The notes beneath the pieces are model-generated. The model ran no database searches. It was not told the origin of the DNA and was given only the letters and a program-made list of their open reading frames with translations. Below are positions 30,681 to 39,939 of a stretch of DNA of 64,000 nucleotides, in pieces. This DNA is from Patescibacteria group bacterium. GTDB taxonomy: Bacteria > Patescibacteriota > Minisyncoccia > Phycocordibacterales > PALSA-1337. A program made the translations under genes and the position numbers. Numbering within the stretch: the stretch's first letter is position 1; the number at the start of each line of letters is the position of its first letter. The stretch covers positions 24,745 to 88,744 of the forward strand of contig JANLHG010000014.1 of the NCBI GenBank assembly GCA_024654575.1, read 5' to 3'.

Positions 30681-31073
30681 ATGTTTCACGTGAAAAATAT
30701 AGTAGGAAAGACTGGTGAGGATATAGCTTGTACGTTTCTTATGAAACAAGGATTTAGTATAATTGAAAGAAATTACTTAAAGAAGTGGGGAGAGATTGAT
30801 ATTATTGGATTAAAAGAGGGAACACTACATTTTTTTGAAGTGAAGACAGTCTCTAGAGATTTGAATGTTACATATGAAACAAACGATTCATATAGAGCAG
30901 AGGATAATATTCATTTATGGAAAGTAAAACGATTAAAAAGGGTAATTCAAACTTATTTATCTAGTGATGGTGTTAAATATGGAGATAATTGGCAATTTAA
31001 TATTATTACAGTTTTATTGGACACAGTTCATAATCTTAATAAAGTAGATCTTTGGGAAGATGTAATTTTGTAA
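30681..31073 (+). CDS. yraN: YraN family (UPF0102) nuclease-like protein
   Basis: GKTGEDIA..FL, ERNY...WGEIDII, FFEVK. Confidence 0.9.
   Translation: MFHVKNIVGKTGEDIACTFLMKQGFSIIERNYLKKWGEIDIIGLKEGTLHFFEVKTVSRDLNVTYETNDSYRAEDNIHLWKVKRLKRVIQTYLSSDGVKYGDNWQFNIITVLLDTVHNLNKVDLWEDVIL
30682..30697. promoter_or_regulatory. parS-like site at yraN start
   Basis: TGTTTCACGTGAAAAA, 15/16 match to TGTTTCACGTGAAACA. Confidence 0.7.
30866..30881. promoter_or_regulatory. parS-like site within yraN
   Basis: TGTTACATATGAAACA. Confidence 0.55.
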
Positions 31074-31109
31074 AAGACATTACAGTGTGTTAATATTTGG
31101 AAGTTATAT

Positions 31110-31182
31110 CGGAGTGTGGTGTAACGGTTAACATTCCTGTTTTGGGAACAGGCGACTCAGGGTTCGAATCCCTGCACTCCGA
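31110..31182 (+). tRNA. tRNA-Pro(UGG)
   Basis: CGGAGTG acceptor; CCTGT-TT TGG GA-ACAGG anticodon arm. Confidence 0.93.
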
Positions 31183-31198
31183 CAGATAAAAATATCTT

Positions 31199-31501
31199 AT
31201 GGCAAAGAGTTTTATACGTACAATAGAAGATTTTACTTGTAAACATTGTAAAATAATAGTAAAAGGGGATGGGTATACGAATCATTGTCCTGATTGCCTT
31301 TGGAGTATGCATGTAGATGTAAATCCTGGAGATAGACTTCATGATTGTGGGGGATTGATGAAACCAATATTGCTAGATAAAAAGGGTGATATCTATGTTA
31401 TAAGCCACAAATGTGAGATTTGTGGTTTTATTCGAAACAACAAAATAGGGAACAATGATAATTTTGAATTGGCTATTGCAATTTCTAATGGAAGTGTATA
31501 A
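31199..31501 (+). CDS. RNHCP domain zinc-binding protein
   Basis: FTCKHC, YTNHCPDCLWSMHVD..PGDR...CGGLM, HKCEICG. Confidence 0.88.
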   Translation: MAKSFIRTIEDFTCKHCKIIVKGDGYTNHCPDCLWSMHVDVNPGDRLHDCGGLMKPILLDKKGDIYVISHKCEICGFIRNNKIGNNDNFELAIAISNGSV

Positions 31502-31567
31502 TTATGTTGTTAGTTTTAATACCTCGGTCAATTGAAACTAGCACTTTATCATTTAATTTAAAATTGT

Positions 31568-31621
31568 ATGGAAACATGCGAAAAATGTGGAAAGCCCGCA
31601 GATAAATGTGAGTGTGAATAG
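31568..31621 (+). CDS. Putative 17-aa Cys-rich micropeptide METCEKCGKPADKCECE
   Basis: Manual translation; upstream TATAAT and leader hairpin, downstream terminator. Confidence 0.55.
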   Translation: METCEKCGKPADKCECE

Positions 31622-31626
31622 TTTCT

Positions 31627-31663
31627 AATAATAAAACTCCCCATTGTGGGGAGTTTTATTATT
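31627..31663. terminator. Intrinsic terminator (17-bp perfect stem)
   Basis: AATAATAAAACTCCCCA-TTG-TGGGGAGTTTTATTATT. Confidence 0.85.
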
Positions 31664-31681
31664 TGCTATAGTTTTGTTATC

Positions 31682-31752
31682 GCGGGATTAGTTTAGTGGT
31701 AAAACAACAGTTTTCCAAACTGTGGTCGGGAGTTCGATTCCCCCATCCCGCA
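31682..31752 (+). tRNA. tRNA-Gly(UCC)
   Basis: GCGGGAT acceptor; ACAGT-TT TCC AA-ACTGT. Confidence 0.92.
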
Positions 31753-31761
31753 CATAATATT

Positions 31762-32034
31762 TTATTTTACTGCGTCTTTTAGTGCTTTTGCGGCTCGAAA
31801 CTTAGGTACTTTCATAGCTGGAACGCTTATAGCTTCACCAGTTCGAGGATTTCTTGCTTCTCGAGCGGCTCGCATTTTTACTGAAAATATACCAATTCCA
31901 GCTATCGATACTTCTTCTCCTCTCTTCAAAGTATCAATTATTGAACTAACTACTTTTTCAACTGCTTGCTCGGCTTGAACTTTTGTTCCGCCGATAACTG
32001 TGTGCACTGCTTCTATTATTCCTTGTTTATTCAT
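31762..32034 (-). CDS. hup: HU family DNA-binding protein
   Basis: GIGIFSV..RAAREARNPRTGE..VPKFRA. Confidence 0.95.
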   Translation of the reverse strand: MNKQGIIEAVHTVIGGTKVQAEQAVEKVVSSIIDTLKRGEEVSIAGIGIFSVKMRAAREARNPRTGEAISVPAMKVPKFRAAKALKDAVK

Positions 32035-32103
32035 AAATATATTTACTTTACGCTAATAAAAAATTATGGTCTTAACCTCTAGACCATTATATCTCAAGCC
32101 ATT

Positions 32104-32901
32104 TTATGACGCAAGCGGTTGTTTTGGTATATCTTTATCTAACCTTTTTGCCTCCGCCCAAGCTAGCTCATAAATCTTTTTCATCGCATCTGCTATCTCG
32201 GCACTTTCAATAATCACACCAAGCTTTTCTTTCCATGAAGCGATCATAACTTTGTTGTCGTAAATGTTTATCTCAGGTGAAAAATAATATTTATCTGGTG
32301 GTACGAATGCGATTTCTCTTTTTTCTTCTATATTATGTGTTCCACGTTCTTCTCCTGTAGGTGTTTTAGGTACGATTGCACGAATCGCAATACCTTTTTC
32401 TGCACGCCTCTTGTAGTAGGCGGGGAAGTAGTTTGGAAGTCCTTTGTGCATATCATCTACATTTGCGTATGCTCGAATCGCTTCGCTTGATGTGAGCGTA
32501 TCTTCATACACGTGCTTCAATCCATCGCTTCCTTCATAAAATTTTATCTTTGGTCTATTTTGACCAGCTTCTACAGATCGAAGTTGAGGAATTAATAATT
32601 CGGCTTTTTTGATTTGTTCATTTGTATCATCAATCTTATTTTTTAAATATTTAACAATAGCCTCTGGGGGTTCAACAGAATATTCAGATTTAGGCTCTTT
32701 ACCTGATATGTTAACTAAACCTTTATTAAATAGAGTATCCAGAATATCGTAGCCAGTAGTACGATTAATACCAGCTTTTCTAGAGATTTGAGATACTGTC
32801 CCGTGACCAAGTTCTAAAAGTCCAATATAAACATCGGCTTCTTTGTTACTTAATTCAAAAGATTGAAGAGTTAGTTTAAGTTCTTTATTACTTTCATTCA
32901 T
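32104..32901 (-). CDS. TrmB-family transcriptional regulator
   Basis: EADVYIGLLELG...AGINRTTGYDIL HTH; PKIKFYEG; EINIYDNKV; likely ATG at 32901. Confidence 0.85.
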   Translation of the reverse strand: MNESNKELKLTLQSFELSNKEADVYIGLLELGHGTVSQISRKAGINRTTGYDILDTLFNKGLVNISGKEPKSEYSVEPPEAIVKYLKNKIDDTNEQIKKAELLIPQLRSVEAGQNRPKIKFYEGSDGLKHVYEDTLTSSEAIRAYANVDDMHKGLPNYFPAYYKRRAEKGIAIRAIVPKTPTGEERGTHNIEEKREIAFVPPDKYYFSPEINIYDNKVMIASWKEKLGVIIESAEIADAMKKIYELAWAEAKRLDKDIPKQPLAS

Positions 32902-33018
32902 ATTTGTAAGTATATACATAAACAATTTATGTGTCAATTATTTTCCACAAAAATATGTTGACAAGATAACATATATTGTTATATATGATTATACTAGCTA
33001 TTTACTTGACGAAATATA

Positions 33019-33047
33019 TTGACAATATCTATCCACTATGCTATACT
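33019..33047 (+). promoter_or_regulatory. Sigma70-type promoter
   Basis: TTGACA-17 nt-TATACT. Confidence 0.75.
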
Positions 33048-33151
33048 TATCTTCAGATCATCAGGAAGTAGGGCATAAAGCCAGTTCTGCTAACACTAGG
33101 ATATAGAAGATCAAAACGATCTTCTAATACTTACCAGATGAATACTGTTCT

Positions 33152-33613
33152 ATGAAAATTCTAATCGTCGAAGACAATATTGCGGAACTCGCTCGTGCCG
33201 TCAAAATCGCTACGGAAATGGGGTTCGAAGTAGTTACTGCTACGGATGCATCTGTTGGATCAAAAATGGTCTGCAAAGATGTGTGGAATCAGACCACCAA
33301 TGAGACCACTTATACTCCACTCGTAGATGGAGTCGTGACAGACATATTCATGCCGTACTTCGAAAAAGAAGATTGGAGGCACAATTCGGACAGTCCTTGT
33401 GGAGTCATGGTGGCGATGGCTGCAAAAGCGGCGGGTTTACCGTGTTGCTTTTGCACGGGAGGGTACCATCACGGGGCGAAATTCCAGTGGATTCAGACAA
33501 TGGGAAGATATATCAATATCGGCATGGTCGATTCCGGTTCTGGCGAAGAGATGGATGCCCCCAAGAAATGGAAAGAAGCTCTGGAGAATGTGAAAAGCAG
33601 TATAATCTGCTAA
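33152..33613 (+). CDS. Orphan stand-alone response-regulator receiver-like protein
   Basis: MKILIVEDN, DGVVTDIFMP; visibly higher GC than flanks. Confidence 0.7.
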   Translation: MKILIVEDNIAELARAVKIATEMGFEVVTATDASVGSKMVCKDVWNQTTNETTYTPLVDGVVTDIFMPYFEKEDWRHNSDSPCGVMVAMAAKAAGLPCCFCTGGYHHGAKFQWIQTMGRYINIGMVDSGSGEEMDAPKKWKEALENVKSSIIC

Positions 33614-33644
33614 AGACAATGGAGATATGCCTATCACAAACTCT

Positions 33645-33673
33645 AACCTCATGCAGAAATGCATGGGGTTTTT
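33645..33673 (+). terminator. Intrinsic terminator
   Basis: AACCTCATGCA-GAAA-TGCATGGGGTT followed by T-run. Confidence 0.75.
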
Positions 33674-33758
33674 ATATGTTACATATTTTAATATGAAGAA
33701 GGATTTTGATGGGTGGAATAAAAAAAGAAAAAATTGAACAAGCTTTTGTTATAAAATC

Positions 33759-33784
33759 GAAACCCCGCTGTAAAGCGGGGTTTC
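33759..33784 (-). terminator. Hairpin downstream of rny
   Basis: GAAACCCCGCT-GTAA-AGCGGGGTTTC. Confidence 0.7.
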
Positions 33785-33830
33785 TCGGAGGCCGAAGCCA
33801 CTGTGTACTTATACACTAGCATATTGTTAA

Positions 33831-35360
33831 TTATCGTGCAACTTCAACTGCACGCATTTCGCGGATGACATTGACTTTGATTTCGCCTGGATATTTTAGA
33901 TCATTTTCTATTTTTACAGCAATTTCGTGTGCCATTGTCTTGGCTTCAAGGTCGGTTACTTGTTCTGGAGTGACAAAAATTCTTATTTCTCGTCCTGCTT
34001 GTAGGGCATATGATTTTTCAACACCTTTAAAAGAATTAGCTATTGCTTCCAAATCCTCAAGTCGTTTTAGATAATTTTCAATAGAATCTCGTCTCGCTCC
34101 CGGTCTTGCTCCTGATATAGAGTCAGCAGTTTGTACAATGATTGATTCAATCGTCTCATAAGGATATTCCTCATGATGTGCTTGCATGGCTTTGATGATT
34201 TCTTCATTTGTACCGAATTTTTGTAATATTCTGCGACCTATTTCTACGTGAGTACCTGCAACTTCGTGGTCTACAGACTTACCTATGTCATGGAGTAGGG
34301 CACCAGCTTTTGCTGTAGAAACGTTTGCTCCAAGCTCTTCAGCAATCATTCCGGCAATATGAGCCATTTCTATTGAATGTTGAAGAACATTTTGTCCATA
34401 ACTTGTTCTAAAGTGAAGTCGGCCCAAAATAGCCATAACTCTTGGATCAAGGTTGAATATACCGCATTCATAAGCAGCTTGTTCACCTTTTTCTTTAATT
34501 ATCTTATTAATATCTAATTGAGCTTTTTCGACAATTTTTTCAATTTTAACTGGTTGAATTCTTCCGTCTTTAATGAGTTCTTCAAGTGCCATTTTGGCTA
34601 CCTGTCTTCTAACAGGGTCAAAAGAGGAGATAGTGATTGCTCCTGGAGTATCATCTACGATTACTTCAACCCCAGTTACTCGCTCAAAAGCCTTTATGTT
34701 TCGGCCCTCTTTTCCTATGATTTTTCCTTTTATTTCATCATTTGGAATAGTAACGCTTGTTGACATAATGTCTGAAGCGACAGAACTGGCGAGACGTTGA
34801 ATAGAGGTACTTAATATATTTTTAGCTTTATTCTCTAATCTTTCAGTTCCGGATGTTTCTATTTTTCTAATTCTAGAAAGAATGTCGTCTTCAAATTTTT
34901 GCTCTATTAAGGTAAATAACTCTTGTTTTGCTTCTTCTTCTGTAAGTTGGGTAATTTTTTCGAGGGATTCTTTTCTTTCTAATTCAAGTTTATCAGCTCT
35001 TTCTCTAATTTCCTTTATTTCAATGATTTTTGTCTTGATATTTTCTACTTCTGAGTCAATATCTACTTGTCTTTTATCTAGAAGGTCTTCTTTTTTTATT
35101 AGTCTATTCTCTGTTTGTTTCGTTTTTTCTTCTTTTTCCTTTATTTCTTTTCGTATTTCCTGCATTGTTTCTGTGGCCTTTTTTTCTGCTTCAGCTGTTA
35201 TTTTCTTTGCATCTTCTTTAGCTTCTAGCATCATTTGCTTTATTTCTAGCTCCATTGAGCCTTTTTTACCTAAAGAAATGATAAGACGCAAGAAATAACC
35301 AATCGCAACACCAGCTAGGCCCGCAGCACTTGCGAGAAGCAATATTACTTTTAGTGACAT
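33831..35360 (-). CDS. rny: Ribonuclease Y
   Basis: TM, coiled coil, KH (KGKIIGKEGRNI), HD (LLHDIGK). Confidence 0.96.
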   Translation of the reverse strand: MSLKVILLLASAAGLAGVAIGYFLRLIISLGKKGSMELEIKQMMLEAKEDAKKITAEAEKKATETMQEIRKEIKEKEEKTKQTENRLIKKEDLLDKRQVDIDSEVENIKTKIIEIKEIRERADKLELERKESLEKITQLTEEEAKQELFTLIEQKFEDDILSRIRKIETSGTERLENKAKNILSTSIQRLASSVASDIMSTSVTIPNDEIKGKIIGKEGRNIKAFERVTGVEVIVDDTPGAITISSFDPVRRQVAKMALEELIKDGRIQPVKIEKIVEKAQLDINKIIKEKGEQAAYECGIFNLDPRVMAILGRLHFRTSYGQNVLQHSIEMAHIAGMIAEELGANVSTAKAGALLHDIGKSVDHEVAGTHVEIGRRILQKFGTNEEIIKAMQAHHEEYPYETIESIIVQTADSISGARPGARRDSIENYLKRLEDLEAIANSFKGVEKSYALQAGREIRIFVTPEQVTDLEAKTMAHEIAVKIENDLKYPGEIKVNVIREMRAVEVAR

Positions 35361-35378
35361 AAGTTTAAGTGTTAATTT

Positions 35379-35951
35379 TTAAAGTACTTTATCGATAATA
35401 CCATATTTCTTTGCTTCTTCTGTATCCATAAAGAAATCCCGATCAACGTCTTTCTCTATTTTTGATACAGGTTGCCCCGTATTTTTTGCTAGTATTTTAT
35501 TCAAAACTTCGCGATTTTTTAGTATTCTTTTAGCACTTATCTCTATATCGGAAGCTTGTCCTTCAGCACCGCCTAAAGGTTGATGAATCATAACTTCAGC
35601 ATTAGGAAGAGCAAATCTCTTACCTTTTTTTCCAGCAGATAGAATTACCGCCCCCATAGAAGCAGCGAGTCCTACGCAGACAGTAGAGACATCATTTTTA
35701 ATATGATTCATAGTGTCAACTATGGCAAGTCCAGAAGTCACCATTCCACCAGGCGAATTAACGTAAAGCCAAATATCCTTTTTGGGATCTTCGGATTGTA
35801 AAAATAATAATTGGGCTATAACTATATTTGCAGAATCGTCATCTATAGGTCCTCCTAGAAAAATAATATTTTCTCTAAGTAGTCGCGAATATATATCATA
35901 TGCTCGCTCGCCGAATTGTGATTTTTCAATAACGGTAGGAATTAAGTTCAT
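35379..35951 (-). CDS. clpP: ATP-dependent Clp protease proteolytic subunit
   Basis: [26 protein letters not shown]. Confidence 0.97.
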   Translation of the reverse strand: MNLIPTVIEKSQFGERAYDIYSRLLRENIIFLGGPIDDDSANIVIAQLLFLQSEDPKKDIWLYVNSPGGMVTSGLAIVDTMNHIKNDVSTVCVGLAASMGAVILSAGKKGKRFALPNAEVMIHQPLGGAEGQASDIEISAKRILKNREVLNKILAKNTGQPVSKIEKDVDRDFFMDTEEAKKYGIIDKVL

Positions 35952-36036
35952 AATATTATTGCAATTTAAATTTTAATAAGCTACATTATTAAAATACCAT
36001 ATTTATTTAATAGTAGCAATATGGTACATTGTTTGT

Positions 36037-36744
36037 ATGAAAATTCATAGATTTTTTGTTGAAGAAAAATTAAATAATAAAAAAGAATTTGAAACGAGTA
36101 ATGTTGAATTTATTCATCAATGGAAAAATGTCTTTAGATTGAAAGTAGGGGATAAAGTAATTTTGTTAGACAATAGCGGTTTTGAATTTTATGGAACAAT
36201 ATCTTTACTCTCAAAAAACAAAGCAATTATTTTTATTGATGAAATTAAAGAAAATATTAAACCAAAAAAATTAAAAGAATATGAAGTCCATCTTTATATT
36301 TCGTTAATTAAAAAAAATAACTTTGAATTAGTGTTAGAAAAAGGAACTGAACTTGGAGTTACATGTTTCATCCCAATTATTTCTGATAGAAGTGAAAATA
36401 AAAATTTTAATATGGAACGCGCTCAAAAAATTATTAAAGAAGCTAGTGAACAAAGTGAGCGAGGTTTTCTTCCCACTCTTGAAAATGTCACTAACCTTAA
36501 TAATCAGTTATTGAGTGACAAAGATATTTCTTTTTTTGCCTTTCATCTTTTTGGAGAAAAATATAATTCAAATAATTTTATGAATAAAAAAAAGATTGGA
36601 ATTATTGTAGGTCCTGAAGGTGGATGGACAGATAGGGAACTTGATTTTTTTAAGACAAAAAAAATTCCAATTATCTCTCTTGGTTCACAAACGCTTCGTT
36701 CGGAAACAGCTTCTATTGCCGTTTCATCGTTACTTCTACTTTAA
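36037..36744 (+). CDS. rsmE: 16S rRNA m3U1498 methyltransferase
   Basis: EKGTELGV, EASEQS, VGPEGGW, LRSETA. Confidence 0.94.
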   Translation: MKIHRFFVEEKLNNKKEFETSNVEFIHQWKNVFRLKVGDKVILLDNSGFEFYGTISLLSKNKAIIFIDEIKENIKPKKLKEYEVHLYISLIKKNNFELVLEKGTELGVTCFIPIISDRSENKNFNMERAQKIIKEASEQSERGFLPTLENVTNLNNQLLSDKDISFFAFHLFGEKYNSNNFMNKKKIGIIVGPEGGWTDRELDFFKTKKIPIISLGSQTLRSETASIAVSSLLLL

Positions 36745-36746
36745 AA

Positions 36747-37547
36747 TTATTTTTCGGTGTTTTGTGAAACAGGTGAAGCACCCAGTAATTTCAACACTTT
36801 TTCATTAATGATAGCCATTTCAACATAATCTTTAACTCGCTCAGGATTAGCTTCTTTATATTGAGACATGATATTTTCAATCTCTTTTTCCATCTCTTCT
36901 TTTGGTGCCTCTATCTTTTCTTCGACTGCTATTTTATTTAAAATAAGCTGAGTTTTTACTTTTTTCTCAGCATTCACCATCCAATCGTTTTTAATTTCTT
37001 CTTCACTTTTTTTAACGTGTTCTAAATATTTTTCAAGTGTTCCGCCGTTGCGAATAATTTCTATTTTAAATAATTCTAACATTCTACTAAGTTCATTTTC
37101 TACTAAAACTTTAGGTATTTCCATTTCCGTTTCTTTCACAATTGTTTCTAGTAAAGAAGAGTCAACTGTCATAGCTTTATAGTCTGGTAATTTTATTTCA
37201 GGCATTACTGCAACATTGATAACAAAACCTAGAGGATTGTTTGGTGCAAGTTTAGTAAAAGAAACGTTTGGCCTAGAGATGGGAATAATTTTATTATCAT
37301 AAACAATTTTTGGATAAGCATTAGCAATCGCTAATTCAGCCATTTCTCCAAGAATAGTTATTTCACTAACATGTTTTTCTAAAACTTTTTCAGGAATATA
37401 ACCTTCACGAAAACCATCTATTTTTACATGTTCACCTAAATGTTTTAAAACTTTTTTCTTATGGATTATTAATTCTTCAAATGGAATGTCACCTTTAATT
37501 TCCACTTCTGAATGAGGTAGTTTTTTAATTGTTAGATTTGTATACAT
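36747..37547 (-). CDS. tig: Trigger factor, short form lacking the FKBP PPIase domain
   Basis: IDGFREGYIP ribosome-binding motif; PEIKLPDYK joined directly to the C-domain. Confidence 0.85.
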   Translation of the reverse strand: MYTNLTIKKLPHSEVEIKGDIPFEELIIHKKKVLKHLGEHVKIDGFREGYIPEKVLEKHVSEITILGEMAELAIANAYPKIVYDNKIIPISRPNVSFTKLAPNNPLGFVINVAVMPEIKLPDYKAMTVDSSLLETIVKETEMEIPKVLVENELSRMLELFKIEIIRNGGTLEKYLEHVKKSEEEIKNDWMVNAEKKVKTQLILNKIAVEEKIEAPKEEMEKEIENIMSQYKEANPERVKDYVEMAIINEKVLKLLGASPVSQNTEK

Positions 37548-37549
37548 TT

Positions 37550-37759
37550 TTATATTTCCATTTTTAAATCTTCTTCAATGGATTTAAGGTCATCCGCTGG
37601 AGTAGTATTTTCAATATTATTTTGTTTTTGTGTTTTTTTATTTAATAGATTTGCCCAAAAATAAAGACCACCGAGAGATATCACAGTGATAATAATAATT
37701 GACCCTATAAGCGGACCAACTGCGTTTTCTTTTTGAGATTCATTATTGATATCGTTCAT
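37550..37759 (-). CDS. Small membrane protein
   Basis: GPLIGSIIII...GGLYFW TM segment. Confidence 0.6.
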   Translation of the reverse strand: MNDINNESQKENAVGPLIGSIIIITVISLGGLYFWANLLNKKTQKQNNIENTTPADDLKSIEEDLKMEI

Positions 37760-37761
37760 AT

Positions 37762-38169
37762 TTAATGAATAGTTTCATTTATTAATTGAAGTGTTTTGCC
37801 GAGGGAATCGTGAATAAATATTAAACTTTCTGTTGATATTGGAGTTGTTGTTGAAATATTTTCTTTTGCTAAAGATAATTCCTTTTTAGCTTCTGACAAA
37901 TCTATTCCAATAATTTCTATTTTTTTTATTCTAGAATCAATGCGTTCGGCGATATCTTCCATTCTTAATTTTGTTTGTTTTTCTATTATTTCATTTCTAA
38001 TATTTTTATTAATTTCCTTATTTTCTTTTTTCTCATCAATTTTCTTGATTATAATTTTAAAAGGGTTTAAGAAAAAACTAACAAAAGAAACCTCTTCGGC
38101 GTACACATAGTGTCCGCTAGAAAAAAACATTAACATTCCCAATATAATGGCTAGGGCTTTGTTTTTCAT
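37762..38169 (-). CDS. Hypothetical secreted helical protein
   Basis: Signal peptide; charged coiled coil. Confidence 0.55.
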   Translation of the reverse strand: MKNKALAIILGMLMFFSSGHYVYAEEVSFVSFFLNPFKIIIKKIDEKKENKEINKNIRNEIIEKQTKLRMEDIAERIDSRIKKIEIIGIDLSEAKKELSLAKENISTTTPISTESLIFIHDSLGKTLQLINETIH

Positions 38170-38190
38170 TGCATTATAATATCACAAAAA

Positions 38191-38718
38191 TTATTTTTTA
38201 CTAGGTTTATCTTTATACATCTTAACTCCTCTTTGAAACACTTCTTGAGCTGATTTTTTATCTCGAAAATCATTTATTTTGACTTCCTTATTTTGGATTT
38301 TTTTGTATGTTGAATAAAAGTGTTCAATTTCCTTGATAGTGTGAGGATTGATATCTTTTAAATCCTGCACGTTGTCCCATCGTGGGTCATCAATAGGTAC
38401 GGCAATAATTTTTTCGTCATTTTCTATACCGTCTACCATATCCATTACCGCTAAAGGACGAACGCGTACTAAAACTCCAGGATGAAGTGGATGAGTAGTT
38501 AAAACTATAACGTCAAGAGCATCTCCATCATCCCATAGTGTTTGGGGGATAAAACCATAATCAAAAGGAAACTCTTGTGTGGTATGAGTCACTCTATCGA
38601 GAGCAATAATACCCGTTTCTTTATCTATCTCATATTTATTTTTGGAACCTTTGTTTATTTCAATAATAGTATTAATCCTGTCCGCAGTTCCCGGACTTAT
38701 GTTGTGTAGTAAGTTCAT
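38191..38718 (-). CDS. ppa: Inorganic pyrophosphatase (family I)
   Basis: KNKYEID, DYGFIPQT..DDGDALDV; likely ATG at 38718. Confidence 0.95.
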   Translation of the reverse strand: MNLLHNISPGTADRINTIIEINKGSKNKYEIDKETGIIALDRVTHTTQEFPFDYGFIPQTLWDDGDALDVIVLTTHPLHPGVLVRVRPLAVMDMVDGIENDEKIIAVPIDDPRWDNVQDLKDINPHTIKEIEHFYSTYKKIQNKEVKINDFRDKKSAQEVFQRGVKMYKDKPSKK

Positions 38719-38729
38719 GTAAGTATTTT

Positions 38730-39836
38730 TTATTTTGATTGAATATCGATTTTCCAACCGGTTAATTTTGCAGCAAGTCTAACATTTTGTCCTCCTTTAC
38801 CTATAGCAAGAGATTGTTGATCTTCTGATACAATCACATTTGCTTTATTTTCTTCTTTATTTAATTCAACACTTATTATTTTTGCAGGGGATAGAGAGTC
38901 CTCTATGAATTTTACTGGATCTTCGGACCATTCTATGATGTCAATTTTTTCTCCACCTAGTTCACTCATTACTGTAGAAACTCGTACACCTCGTTGGCCA
39001 ACCATTGAACCGATTGGGTCAATATGACTATCATTTGATTTAACAGCTATTTTAGAACGAGAGCCAGCTTCTCTTGCTGTAGCTTTTATTTCTACAGTAC
39101 CAGATGCTATTTCTGGTGTTTCTATTTCAAACAATTTAGCAAGAAATTTAGGGTGAGAGCGTGAAAGACGAAGCATTATTCCTTTAGGGCTATCTTCTAC
39201 GGCATAAAGATATGCGCGTATTCGTTCTCCTTGTTTATATCGTTCTCCTGGAATTTGTTCTTCATAAGGAAGAATTCCAGTAGTACGACCTAAATCAATA
39301 AATATGTTTCCTCTTTCTATCCGTTGAACAGTTCCTGTTATAATTTCACCTTCACGTTTATCATATTCTGCTAGTACAGATACTTTTTCTGCTTCTCTAA
39401 TCTTTTGAATAATAACTTGTTTTGCTGTTTGAGCAGCGATTCTGCCGTAACTTTCTTTTTGTTCAAGAGGAAAAACTATCTCATCATCAATTTTGACATC
39501 TTTCTTTATCTTTTTAGCATCTTCAATAAGGATGTGGTGTTCGGGATTAAAACGGACTTTGATATTTTCTTCATCAGTATTGGCAATATCTTCTTCGAAA
39601 TCTTCATCTTCCATGATGACATTTTTCTTATCAACGACGATTTTTACTTGATAAAACTCTGTTTTACCAGAATTAATATCAAATTCGGCTCTAATAATTT
39701 GTCCTCTTTTGCCGTATTCTTTCTTGTAGGCAGTAGCCAGAGCCATTTTAATGGCTTCAAGTATTTTTTCTTTTGGAATACCTCGTTCTTCCTCCATTTG
39801 TTGAAGAACAGAATTGATGACTTTTAAATCAAACAT
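38730..39836 (-). CDS. nusA: Transcription termination/antitermination factor NusA
   Basis: GRIAAQTAKQV, AREAGSRSK, LAIGKGGQNVRLA; likely ATG at 39836. Confidence 0.97.
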   Translation of the reverse strand: MFDLKVINSVLQQMEEERGIPKEKILEAIKMALATAYKKEYGKRGQIIRAEFDINSGKTEFYQVKIVVDKKNVIMEDEDFEEDIANTDEENIKVRFNPEHHILIEDAKKIKKDVKIDDEIVFPLEQKESYGRIAAQTAKQVIIQKIREAEKVSVLAEYDKREGEIITGTVQRIERGNIFIDLGRTTGILPYEEQIPGERYKQGERIRAYLYAVEDSPKGIMLRLSRSHPKFLAKLFEIETPEIASGTVEIKATAREAGSRSKIAVKSNDSHIDPIGSMVGQRGVRVSTVMSELGGEKIDIIEWSEDPVKFIEDSLSPAKIISVELNKEENKANVIVSEDQQSLAIGKGGQNVRLAAKLTGWKIDIQSK

Positions 39837-39939
39837 ATTGTTATAATTATATACTATTTTTATAATATTTTCTAAAAAAATAGCTCGCCACAAGGCGAAC
39901 TACAGAATGGGTATAGTATATGGGATAGGGTGCAAAAAG

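Noticed and set aside
31157-31342. 61-aa ORF ending GVQGFEP
   Set aside because: Antisense to tRNA-Pro and the RNHCP gene
33373-33696. Alternative-frame ORFs over the receiver gene
   Set aside because: By-product of locally higher GC; only the 33152 frame has recognisable motifs
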